NCBI GenBank assembly: GCA_025201805.1
Contig: MU619266.1
Coordinates: forward strand, 186,001-250,000
Length of the DNA: 64,000 nt
DNA from: Parasitella parasitica NRRL 2501
Taxonomy: Eukaryota; Fungi; Mucoromycota
Direction: 5' to 3'
Below the pieces are notes generated by a model that did no database searches, was not told the DNA's origin, and saw only the letters and a program-made list of their open reading frames with translations. The translations under genes were made by a program, and so were the position numbers. Positions 40,626-53,536 of the stretch are shown here, piece by piece. How positions within the stretch are numbered: the stretch's first letter is position 1; every line of letters starts with the position of its first letter.

Positions 40626-42267
40626 ACTAACCCTCCCCCCCTCCCCCTTTTTTTTTATTTGTAATAAATTTTATATAGCACATGCATACTCACTCGACAT
40701 TCATTGATTTCATGGCGCAAGATGTGTATATAAATATACAATTGCTGTATTTTACACTACATGAATTGCACAACCTAAGTATTTACTCGCTCAGGGTCTT
40801 TCCGTACTGGCTGTGGAAAAGGCCAAGTGCTTTTATCAGGACGACATGGAGCCTGACAATGATTAGTTTGCGTTTTCTGCCATGTACGAGGATGGTATTC
40901 ATCCGGCATCAAGAATAGCACAACCAACACTTGGCTCAACACAAGAAATCCATGCTGAGGTATCGCAATTCAGTGGTTACATTTGCCATGAAGCGAGATA
41001 GGGACTCAAAATGCAGTGTATAGTACGACCCTCATGGAAAGATCGATGTTAATGTTGACCTTTCAAAGCATGATGGCGAGAATTTGGTGGAAAGTGTTGT
41101 GGGAAATGGCCAAAATACACGCTGCTGCTGGTGCTCGTTAAATCCACGTTTTGCAACATTCAATTGATTTTTTTTTTATTTTATTTTTTTTGGAATTTGC
41201 TACCAATGAAGAACCCTTTGTAGATATTCCAAGACTCTTGACATGGATTAACCATGTCCGCAGTCAGGGAGCATCGACACCTTCCTCTGGCCATCAAATG
41301 GCTTCGTGGTAAGCGCTATATCATAACCCATCTTCGACACGCAACTCACGGTTTATTGTCGCATGTGTGGAATAGCCCATAACTTTTTGCTACAAAACTA
41401 ACTAGAGACACTTGGAATGTTGGCAATTTGCCCGTCGCAGATTCGTCTTTATATCCTTCTTCCTTGGGTGTCAACCCAACGTTGACAACCTAAGCAATGG
41501 CAATTCATGCATCTCATCATATTGCAGCTTCTTTTGCTGGCCATCCAAATATTCCAGCAAAAACCTAACGTACTTGACATGAATTCCTTTACAAAATATA
41601 CTTCCTTGCAGTCATTGGGTCTTTGTAGAGCTTTTCCATGAGCCTGCAAAATCAACAAATTATAGCTGTTATGCGTTTAGAACGGATAACAGTATCAAAC
41701 GACTCTATCTGAGAGAAGCTGGACGCCGTTGTCTAAGCTCATTCTTCTCAACAAAGAAAAAGAGGAGCGAACCCCTCTCTTTGCTTGCTGGCGAGCAAAA
41801 TGAATATCCCTTTTGTTTACTCATGAAGGAAAGTTGTTTTCATGTTTTGGGAAGCCATAAAAAAAACTAGATTACTCTCTGAAAAGTTATCGCATCTGTT
41901 TCTTTATTCACATGCGTATGCACAATTGGTTTTTAATTATCGTAAACTTGTATATAAAAAAGGATCTATGGCTACTACTATTACGGCAGTACAAAAATGA
42001 CTATTTCAAGCTTGCTCAAATGTAGGACTTGCTGATCAAACACTTGAGAAAATTGATTGCAATAATATCATAAAAGATTTTGCCAGAAACTTTTTGGGTC
42101 GTTTACTACCTGTTTCAAAGTCATCTGCTAATAACTTACTAATTCAAGTTACAAAGCAAAATGGGACGACCTGCAAATTACACGAGCATTTGTCATCTTT
42201 GCAATGCATATAAATACTTGCGATTTTTTTTTTTTTTAATGAAAATTCCTAAAAACTTTCATCAACA

Positions 42268-43412
42268 ATGACCAGCCGCATCCCAGTTACAATCATCACA
42301 GGGTTCTTGGGCTCTGGAAAAACAACACTCTTGAATCAAATCTTGGATGAAAACCATCAATCATCAAGTAACAAAAAACTTCGTATTGCTGTTATTGAGA
42401 ACGAATTTGCAGCAGCTTTTGGTATTGAAAATGAGATATTACATCGAGATAAAATTGAAGACGTGCAGAACCTATACGAATTTGGAATGTAGGTATACCA
42501 ACTACATGTGCAATCTATTAGTCAAATTGTGCTAACAAAAATGATAATTAAAGGGGCTGTGTATGCTGCTCTTCAAGTGGTGAGTTGATTAATGCCCTTG
42601 TCGAGATTGCTATGCGTAATGAGCATGAACCAGAAGATAAACGTATTCAGCATGTTGTCTTGGAAACCACTGGGTTAGCGGATCCCACGCCAATTTTACA
42701 GCTTATTGCCCAAGGTGCAGATAGAAAGGGAACAGATGATATTGTTCAAAACTATTACATCGATGGCATTGTGACATTATTAGACAGCAAGCATTTCCAC
42801 CAAAACTTGGCATCGTTATCAACATCATCATCGTCTACTTACAAGAATGAGCTACTGGCCCAGATATTTACAACGGATTCAATCATCTTGAACAAAGTCG
42901 ATTTACTGACAAACAAACAAGACGATATCGAGAGCATCATAAAATTCATACGTCAACACAATACAACTGCCAAAATTTTCACTGCCTCATTCGCCAAGGT
43001 GCCGATTGCAGAAGCTATATTCAATTTAAGGCCTGACAGAAGCCCTCAGGATACTATTGGCATGATACAATCCCAAGCAAACAAAGAAGCGCAAAAGAAA
43101 CATGATCCCTCTATCGAACAGACAATGTTGCTTGCGCCTGGATTTGTGGATCTCTCAGGCGTACAAGATTTTATCAAAGACACAACATCGAAAGGAAATA
43201 TTTATAGAGTAAAGGGTGTGTTGGCATTGAAACAAAATCCTGACATCAAATTTGTCGTGCAAGGCGTCAACAACGACCAATTAAGCATCACAGAGCACGG
43301 CCCATGGCTTCCTGAAGAAGTGCAGGAGAGTAGGATTACTCTGATCGGGAAAAATGTGATGGAACAGTGCAATCAGCTCGAACAAGAATTCAAAAAGCAT
43401 TTATTAAAATAA
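42268..43412 (+). CDS. COG0523/CobW-family (Zng1-like) metallochaperone GTPase
   Basis: IPVTIITGFLGSGKTT, AVIENEF, GCVCC just after the intron, ETTGLADP, LNKVDL and YRVKG. Confidence 0.93.
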
Positions 43413-43417
43413 ACAAA

Positions 43418-45248
43418 TTATAATTCAAATCTCTCTTTTCTAATAGCCCACGAGTATTTCAGGCAGAGATTGTTTAATTTTACAATAGTGTCTTCATGAG
43501 CACAGACGCCTACAACAGTTGCATTATCTACTTGTTTTAATTCTTGAAATATATCGTTGTAATTAGGTCGACAGGACGCTTTAAACTTGATGCAGGTGAG
43601 ATTACTGGGTATAGTGTAGTTCTCTTCAGGATCGGATAATCCTGTGATGAAGATCCTACAGTTGAAATCTATTTGCAATGAATCTGAAAAATGTTTGAAC
43701 TCTTGTTCGAACGCATAAAATGTATCTGAATTTTTTTTTTAAAGCAATGCTTAGTATGGAAATATTATCTCCTAATGCAAAGTTACCTATAGAATGAATG
43801 CTCCAAATCAAATTGACTAATTGTGTTTTGATAGCATGCTGCTTTTGTTCTATGTATTGCAAGACAGATATCCAAGGCGTGATACCCATGCCTTCTGCAA
43901 CCAATACTAGTGACTCAAAATCCCCAAACTCTGCTTCTAAGCTCGCTACGAATGGTCTACCTAGAGGTTTGCTGATGCGTGCTTTGATGGTTTTTGCCCC
44001 TGACTGAGCCAAATCGTACAATGGCTTAGTTTGATTTCCTGTCGCTTTGATGTAGAACGTAAAGTATTGACTATCCACAGGTCTAATGAGCGATTCCTCA
44101 ACGGACACACCCGCCATATCTTCGTCTTGTTCATGCTCCTTTGAAGCATCGTTTCCATCTAACCTACAGATCGAAAATGGATGTGCATTTATGGCGGCCG
44201 CCAATGGAGATGGCGATAGTGAAATGAAAGCAAACTGCCCTGGAATCAATCCGGCGCTGCCCACAGGGTATGGTATATTGCATTTTACTTTGATGATATC
44301 TCCAGGTAGGGCTTCTGCCATCAACATATCGGTTCTATAGGACTTGTCCAGTTGATCCATCACCCAAAATAAAAGCACTGCAACATAAAAGAGGTAAAAC
44401 GACCAGTGGTGAAAACACCCGCACAATACCAATACTGCAAAAGCCGCTAAATGTGAGATGCGAAATAATCTGTACGAGACGAGTCGAACAAGCGGGTGCG
44501 AACCAAACAATAGCAAAAACATGGCGCTCAACATCAATGTTCCTGTCGTATGTCGCACATTTGACGTGAACGTGGCTAGTATGCTGCGTTCTTGTTTGCT
44601 GTAATTGTACTGAATCTGATAAGATGCATGATACAATACTTGACCGAAAGCTATGCGCCCAAACCAAACATGCCAGCGGATTGTCTCGTTGATCTCGAAA
44701 AAGTGCCGTTGAATCAGCGATAATTTGGCTGATAGCAGTACAGAAAAAGCAATATTGGTTACTGCAAGTTGTGCAGCCCGATTACTTTGCAACTGTATTT
44801 CCACGTGAGGGGTCTCGAACTCTCCATAGAGATCTTTCTCAGACGCTGTGGCATTGGCAGCACCAGACAGCATATACACATTGAGAAAGATGACAGATGC
44901 TATCTTGAGTATATCGATCAAAGAAATGGTGATCCAGGAGAAAGGACGTCTTTCGTATCTAAGCAAACGCTGCCACCTACTAATTTTCCACGACCAGGAC
45001 AGACCTAGCAGTTTAGATCTCCTGTATCTTGCCTTTTGAATCCAAGAGCGAGCAAGCAGAGCTAGATTGCAAATGGTGAGGATAGCAATGTATTTTAGCA
45101 GGGTTGTATTGTCTCGTTGAAAATGCTGCTCCTCATCGACGGAAGGGGTTTGGTATATCGTAACAAGGGCAAGATATGAATTTAACTGTAACAAGATGCC
45201 TGCAATAAACAGAGTAATCACACAATAGGCTAGTATCCTTTTGAACAT
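43418..45248 (-). CDS. Ferric reductase-like (FRE/NOX family) transmembrane oxidoreductase
   Basis: Heme His pairs (WHVWFGRIAFGQVLYH; SHLAAFAVLVLCGCFH), PGQF, HPFSI (FAD), LVAEGMGITP (NADPH) and terminal ERFEL; one intron. Confidence 0.88.
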
Positions 45249-45459
45249 GACCGTAAAAGTGTTATCAGGGACATGTAAATCCAAGATAAAGAGAAAAAGA
45301 AAAGAGAGTGAAAGTGAGAGAGTGAAATGAGAAGAAGGTTCAAAACTACTTTTTTGTTAATCGGGCAAAAGGTCAATGATACGGCCTGTTGCTGCTGTTC
45401 GACCATTTCTCCGCTAATTTATACATCACCCTTAGCCAAGCAAGTCAAGTAATTGATGT

Positions 45460-45512
45460 GGGGACTGATACGTAGTTTTTTTTTTGTATGAAATAGGGGA
45501 CTGATACGTAGT
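45460..45512 (+). repeat. Perfect 17-bp direct repeat GGGGACTGATACGTAGT (two copies)
   Basis: Copies at 45460-45476 and 45496-45512, upstream of the ferric reductase. Confidence 0.85.
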
Positions 45513-45783
45513 GAGCCTATTACTCATGCAAGAGATATAATGTATGTCTATACACTGTAGATATAATTTCCAAGATAGTATTATGCAAAAGTGATTATAA
45601 TCGCTACGTAAGACATGCAAACTTGAACGCTGTTGGTTATACTATTACAGAAGGGAAAACTATGCTACAGCTGTTTATTTTTATCATGTACAATCAAAAT
45701 AAAACAAGTGTCTCGAAAATGCTTTTGCAGGTATATATGGATAAAAGCACATCAAAGACGAATAAATAAATAATACAATGGAT

Positions 45784-47798
45784 TTAGCACATGGGCACGT
45801 TGACAGCTAAACCACCTTGGCTTGTCTCCTTGTATTTCGACATCATATCCAAGCCAGTTTGCCTCATGGTTTCGATCACTTGGTCCAGCGAGACTCGATG
45901 GTCTCCTTCGCCATTAAGAGCTAATTGTGCTGCAGCAATGGCCTTGACAGCAGCCAGTGCGTTTCTTTCGATACAGGGCACTTGGACCAGTCCAGCGATA
46001 GGATCACAAGTCAGCCCCAGGTTGTGTTCCATACCAATCTCAGCAGCGTTCTCTACTTGTTCAATGGAACCGCCCATAACTGCGGTAAAACCGGCAGCAG
46101 CCATCGAACATGCTACACCGACCTCGCCTTGGCAACCCACCTCAGCAGCTAACAAAAATTGAGTGCATGTTGAATCAGTATTCTCGTTATGTTACATATG
46201 ACATTTGAGAGACTCACCAGAGATGCTAGCACCGCGTTTAAACAGCATGCCAACTGCGGCTGTCGTTAACAAAAACTCCATCACATCATTTTCTGGATTT
46301 TCAGAAATGAATTCTAAATAGTACTTTAACACCGATGGAATTGTACCCGCAGCGCCATTTGTAGGTGCAGTAACAACACGACCGCCACAAGCATTCTCTT
46401 CGTTTACGGCAATAGCATAGACGGACAAATAGTCAAGTGCTGGTAAAAAGAACCTCTTGCGAGGACGCTTGGGCAACACTGTCAAGGATAGCGGCAGTTT
46501 CTCATCCGATGAAGCTTCTTCCAAGTCGTCTTGTTTAGCTTGGTTATCCGTCAGCTCGTTTGAGGGCATGCTGTTGGCAGAAGAGGCTTGTTTGGAAAGT
46601 GGTATTCTGGAATCGACGTATGTATTCTTATTTACAACAGGGCCATAGAGGCCTTTTAAGAGCTTATTGTACAACCCAGGTGCTCTTCGACGAACATTAA
46701 GGCCTCCTGGAAGATGTTCTGTTGAAATCACGTTAATAAACTCTTTGTTTTGGGGGGAGGTTTTAAAATTTCACTCTCTAGCTTTGTTTTTTTTACCTTT
46801 GCCGTTGGCCATAACACCGTTCTTGATACTGTCATCCATAGTGTTCCAGATTCTCAACAACTTTTCACGGATCTCCTCAGGGGTAGACCATTTGAGCTCG
46901 TTTTCAAAGACTACCTGTGCAATCGTCATGTTTTCGCGCCTGCAAACTTGAATCAGCTCTTCCGCGTTCTTGAAAGGCAAGGAAACTACAGCAATGTCTT
47001 GTTGGCTACGTTCAGCCATGTCACATTTAGTACTGTGGCCCGCTGTCATGCGTTCGCGTTTGTAGTATACATTTTCACCGTGATCCATCTGCGTAGCCTC
47101 GTTCACAACAAAACCGCCACCGATACTGAAATACTCGTTTGTTGCAATCATATTGGCGTCCGAGTCGTATGCGCAAAATCGAAGACCATTGGGATGCTGA
47201 GGTAGAGTTTTGAAATAGTTGAAAATCAAGTGTTTGTCTGGATTGAAATGAATTCTGTGTGTGCCATCCAAGTGAATGGAGTGGTTTGTGTGAATATCTT
47301 CTACGCGAGCTTTGATTGTAGATGTTTCTACTTGATCAGGCGTTTCTCCCTCAATGCCCATAAGGATAGCTTCTGGTGTGCCATGGCCCTTTCCAGTTAG
47401 AGCCAAAGATCCAAACATGTCTATGCAAAAATCGTAAATATTTCCAAATTCGGTAATACATCCGGGGCTACTTTACCAACTCTCAACGTGTGCACTCTTT
47501 CAAGGATCCTATGGTCTTTGAGGTCGCTTACAAAGATCTTGGCCGCTCTCATAGGGCCTACAGTATGCGAAGAAGAAGGGCCTACACCAATAGAGAATAA
47601 ATCAAATGTAGATACAACGGCATGATGATCTGCATGAGGATCAATGCCTGGCATTTCTGGCGCAAATTCAGTGGCGGCTGCCGCTGTGGATAAACATGAC
47701 TTTTGTTGGTGGGTGGCGCCAATGATGACAGTACGGCGAATGATGGGTTGAGTTGTGTTTCTGATGAAAATGCTCGGAATCGATCTTAAGCTATTCAT
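45784..47798 (-). CDS. Iron-sulfur-dependent L-serine dehydratase (SdaA type) with a probable mitochondrial presequence
   Basis: [71 protein letters not shown] and [17 protein letters not shown]; three introns. Confidence 0.95.
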
Positions 47799-50107
47799 TC
47801 AATAATAAAGTGTGTATTCTTTTTCGAGAGGAAGTGAAAGGGCAGAAGGGAGTTTTGTGGTCTTTATTTATAACAAAACCTTTTTGAATTATATAGTAAT
47901 TTTTATACCTCTTTGACAAACAATAAGTATTTTTGCACAATACATAAATTAATGAATTCACACGATAGACTTATCTACCAATCAAGTCAGGGTTTAAATA
48001 CTAAACCTAATGGGCATATTGTTGTGCCACTGATATCTTGGACATCAAAATTACATTAGAAAAGGCCAATAATTTCTATATGCTAAATGCCTATGTTATA
48101 GTATGTGTGTTTTAATTGCACAACAATTATCAATATCTATAATAACACAACAAAAGCCATTGTTTACTTGTATTTTCAGAGACACTGCATCTGTGATATC
48201 AAATAGTGCCAAGATGTAATAAATCACTTGAGATCAGTAGAGCATAGGGCTTACTAAAAATTAATTTCTGATGATAATTTGGAGTTATTCATATCTCCAA
48301 AACTAACAATGGCATACAGTGCAATTATATATAGAGAATATTACCAGTATATCAAAGATTATTGCTCGCAACATTATTTCCCATCATCGAGGATTTTTTT
48401 TTTTTTACAAATTTTCCCCGAGCAAACATCAACATGGAGGATATTCTGATTCAAGTACTTTTTGTCTTTAGATTGTCTTGTTTTTTTCGCACCAAAGTTG
48501 TCAGAAAATACAATATCAAACGTGCGTTTTTACAAAACTATAATGGTCGTCTAGATAATGTGCAACTTATTTTGTCAAGTAATTCTTGTTTCCTTTAGTA
48601 TTTTCTGATTGTTAAAACCAATTCAAAATGCCAAGTGGAGCAACTCGTGTAGATTGCGAATCTCGAGGATTAAATCACATTGCTGCGTGTTAATGATAAT
48701 GGCATTGTTCATACCAAAGCGCTTGAACTATTTGATAAAGTTATTTGACTAAAAATTAGTTTTTGTAAGAAGAACAATATATTTTGCATACTACATTTAA
48801 ACATCTTCTTTTATACTAATTCAAGATCCACGAATGTTACTCAGGGCAGAATAAGAATCATTTCGCACAACATACACATAAGTATAACTCATGTTGCCTG
48901 GATTTACGCATTCAGTAAAAAGAGTTCGAAATTAAATTTAATCTAGCAAAGGTTTCTTTTGATTCAACATCGCTATCTGCTGCCAGTCGATAGTGTTAAC
49001 CATCGTTCATATTTTTAGTCAAAGTGCTCTATTCAGTATACGTTTTGTATTAGGGCTACTTCATCAAAATCGGAATGCTTGCTCTCATTTTCAATGTGCG
49101 GTAGATCGCGAGGATTGTATCGTCGTAATGAAACTTATATAGTACTTCTGCTGAATATAGTTGGTAAACATGCCCATCAAGAGGACACGATTTGCAACTT
49201 AATAGCTGATTTCAATGCACGGCTTATTTTTTGTATCATTGATATCAGTCCATGTTGAACTTGTGCTCATTGAGGATTATATAGCCTAGACAAATCTAAC
49301 CTTGATTGTCAATTGTCCTTTACTGTTTATTCTGTGAAGTTTGACTTTTGAGCTAAGCACACTCTGTTTCGATTATAGAATTATGTCTCTAGTCAGTTAT
49401 CGGCGGAATAAGAGGTGTGGCCAAAGCATTGGAACTTGACCTATTAATAAGGTAAAGTTGGCATTTAGTTTGCAGCGTACAAGTTCTGATCTAGGTGACT
49501 CAAACAAGGAGGCGATTTTGATATGAAAAGAAGTACTGTTAAATGAAGCCTGAGAAGTCATAGCTATCAATGTATATTCCATTCTCATTTTTAATCGAAG
49601 GAAATGAACAATAAAGTGCATACTTGCATAAGGTATCCGGTTAGTGCTAGGTCTCAATGTTGGAGATAAACATCCAGCTCGAGATGGCTCAAGTGTCATA
49701 CAAAGTAAATGGCGTTTTCAGGAGACAAATAATAATCCGAGGCAGAAAAGACAATTACTTTATTGTAAAAAAAAAAAAAAAAAAAAAGATGTTGAATTGG
49801 GATCCTTGATATCTTGAATACATGCGCCAAAAGGCATTTTCAATTTGTACTGGAGGGTTGCTATTTTTCCGTGGATTCTAATCCTAATTATCTCTTGTAT
49901 CACTGATGATTTTTAAGGAGAAAAGTAGGTTTAGGAAGACTGGGTTTTTGTATTGGAACTTGCCAATAACAGATCTTGGTCCAACGTCTAAAATCACTAA
50001 TTAAGAGGAGTAAAAGCCAAAATACAAGTTTATCCTTTCATCTTTTTTTGTGGCAAAACTAAATTACAACATTTCCTTTCCTCTTTCATTTCCCAACACA
50101 TCCTATA

Positions 50108-52013
50108 ATGCCAGAAGAAGCCTACGAAATGACCCGCTCAATATCAGGAGCTTCGAGTTCAGCAGATAATCATAATGAAGCATATGATAGCAGAGAAGAA
50201 GAGGCGCAACTTTTGAGTAAAGAAGATCGCTCAGACACTGACGAAGAAGACGATATTGAAGATGAAGATGAAAGCTGGGCCACGATAGTAGGGGAAAATG
50301 GCGAGGAAGCAGAAGAAGAGTATGAAAAGGTCGATGTTCTTTTATATATCAACAGAAAGCGTGTACTGACTTAGCTTGGCTCGCAGGATAGTTCAGTGTT
50401 AAGATATGTCTGCGTTGGTCTGGCGATTGGTTTATTTTTCTTCCTATTCAAAGTTGCCATGATGCGCTTTTCAGAAGACCCAAGCCATCATGAAAGAGGA
50501 GCAGAGAAATTGTACAATAACGGCACTGACTATTTTGCATCCACTGTGATTCTGATTTCACTGGATGGTTTTCGACCTGATTATCTGAATAGAGGCAAGA
50601 CACCTCATATGAAAAAACTCGGTTAGTTTGATTTAGTATACCGGTTAGCTTTTATATAATATTAACTTTCTATAGCGGACGATGGCATCATGGCAAAGTA
50701 TATGCATCCAGCATTCCCTGTAGGTTGATTGAGTTGCTAACAATTCAAGATTGCTAATGGGTTTTATTAGCCAAGTACATTCCCTAACCACTGGACACTT
50801 GTTACCGGACTATATCCAGAAACTCATGGTATCGTAGGAAACTTGTTTTATGACCCCACATTAGATGCTGTATTCAGCCATTCGAATTCAACGATAACTT
50901 CTGATCGCCGATGGTGGAAAGGAGAGCCAGTAAATAATCTATAGTTTGACATGCTGCTTGTCTGTTTGACTAATGTGCTGAATAGATCTGGACAACGTCA
51001 AGAATGAATAGAAAGCGTAGTGGGTCTATTATGTGGCCAGGATCAGAAACAAACTACAACCCGCCAGATTTGGTTGTAAAGTACAACAATTCAATTACAA
51101 CCAAGCAAAAGATGGACATTTCTCTGAATTGGCTTGATTTGCCTTACAACGATAGACCACAGATGATTTCTGTCTATGTGCCACAGATTGATGAGGAAGG
51201 CCATCGAGGTGGTCCATTTGGCTCTAAGGTATATTTACTGTATCGCGTTTACTACACACAGTGCTCTAATGCAATGATGACAGATGGGAAATTACATCCA
51301 GGAAGCGGACGATGCTATTGGGTATTTAGTGCAGGAAATTAAGAATAGAAACCTCGATGAGCATGTCCATATTGTCATTGTAAGATGAAGAAATAATTTG
51401 CAGCTGAAAGTATACCAATCTTTTTTTTTTCCAATTTTAGGTTAGTGATCATGGTATGGCAGAGACGCAAGAATCAAAGTTGATTTTCTACGACGATATT
51501 CTTACGGACGATGTCCTTCAGCATGTGCGAAATCGAGAAGCGCTTCCTTTGCTTGATCTAAGACCCTCTCCTGATGCGCCCAAAGATACTGTCAAGGAAA
51601 TTTATAATCAACTTTACAACTATACCCAAACCCATTCTGACGCTCACTTTGAGGTGTTTTTAAGAGAAAATGTACCCGAAAGATTTCACTACAGCCACTC
51701 TGAAAGAATCACACCTATCGTGGCTATCCCTGAAGTGGGCTATACCTTTATCACACACGAAGAGTTTGAAAAGAAGGGAGGATTCAAGAAGGGTGGAAAC
51801 CATGGCTACGATAACCTTGCTGATGACATGCGAGCTATTTTCATGGCAAAGGGACCCAAAATCAACCGATCCTACAAATCAGGCACCATTTTGGCGCCCT
51901 TTTTCAACATTGAAGTCTACGGTTTATTGACAGAATTGCTTAATATAGATGCAGCACCAAATAATGGTACTTTGCAAGCTGATTTCCCTGTTTTGTTTCA
52001 ACCTCCCTTCTAA
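50108..52013 (+). CDS. Ectonucleotide pyrophosphatase/phosphodiesterase (Npp1/ENPP), type II membrane protein
   Basis: [45 protein letters not shown] and GNHGYDN. Confidence 0.95.
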
Positions 52014-52025
52014 TAAAGTAAACAT

Positions 52026-53466
52026 CTACGCATGGTCGACTAATTTTGCAATTTGATGATACAAGAATTTGTTCCAGTCGTCCACTGGTCCCGGCAAACA
52101 AGTGTGCAAACAATCTGAATCTGGCTGTGAGTGTGCGTCGCCTCTGTAGTTGGAGATGGATACATTAAAGAATTGGAATCGTTCGTCATTTTCCTTGTTG
52201 ATCATGTCCTGAAAAATAAAAATAAAAAACCCTTGTGCGTTATTTGGTTTGCTTTATATATGCGTAACTCTACGGCGTACCTTCCAAACAAAATCAAATT
52301 GCTCAAACATATCCCACTCGTATTCGCCTTTTTGCCCTGCTGGTTTGATGATAGATGGGCTTGGGGAGGTATACTGAGAACATTTGGCATGGCCGTATGG
52401 CGTGCTTCTGACCCAAACACGCTGATCTGCTTTGACATGCATTTTCAAATAGTCAAACACCTTTTCCATGGCCTTTCTAAACGCTTGGAGCAGCTCTTTT
52501 CTGTCCTTGTTGGGACCCCACTTCAAGTCGGGATGCCAATGAGGCCCCTATATCACCATATCATTGTCGTTAGTTTAGATGGTGATGAGCGAGGTTTTGT
52601 GCAATTCCTTACGGTGTTGATCATGATGTACTTGAATCGCGGAATAGCGTGCACCCACGGAAAGTTGCTTCCAACACCAATTTGGTATCCTTCTCCTTCG
52701 TTCGGTTTGATCAGGCTAAAATCGTCCAGCTTCACTAGATAGTCTGAGCGAATATAAGCAACAGTAATCTTTGCTGGGTCTTGATATTCCAAATCACGGT
52801 GTACCAACTGGCTGACCCACATGGAGGAGTCACCGCCAGATAATTGAGTGTCCCTGTTCTGAGATGTCAAATCTTGTCCTAGTAGACACCACATACTCTC
52901 AAACATCAACTGTGTGATGGAATCTCCTACTAATAACAGTGGATTTTCAGACAGGTGTTTGGAAAAGTCTCGGGCTTCAAAGGGCAGGACCATGCAGTCG
53001 TCAGGTTGCCAGCTGTAGTCAATTCTGTTTTACCGTTTTTTTTTAGCTATAAAAAAACAAAAAAGATCGACAAGCCTACATACAGGAAAAACAAATAAAC
53101 TTACATGGATTTACTCCTGTTGAACTCGCTTGCTGGCTCTTGTCTTCTATAGCATCTATGCGGGAAATCCCAGTTACAATGATATCCAACAAAGTTATTG
53201 ATGCCATCCACATTTTGAGACTCCAAGCCTATGCTTTGATGCACCCATTTCCCTTTGTTGAAACCATCCGAAGAGCACAGGTTTTTGTAGCCTGACCGTT
53301 GTTGGTACAAGGTGTCTCCTTTTAGTCGGTCTGGGGCGGTGTGAACGGTGTCCGGGACAAGAGCCACTGTTGTATTGCTCGACGACAGCATCCATAAAGT
53401 CAATAGACAGGTGATACTTATGCCTGTGACAGCGTAGGTTTGTGATCTGAACGATAATTCGACCAT
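52026..53466 (-). CDS. TBL/PMR5 (PC-esterase) family polysaccharide O-acyltransferase/esterase
   Basis: N-terminal TM, C..DGFNKGKWV, YSWQPDDC, LLVGDSITQLMFESMWCLL, INTGPHW, VWVRSTP.GH and DCLHTCLPGPVDDWN (GDS + DxxH). Confidence 0.88.
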
Positions 53467-53536
53467 GCAAGATACACGTATATAAAAGGATCAAGTAGAA
53501 GAGAGAAACAACAGAGAAAGAGTGCTTTATTTTTAA

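Noticed and set aside
40750-41800. Higher-GC stretch resembling decayed coding or transposon sequence
   Set aside because: Stops in the frames I read and no recognisable motif.
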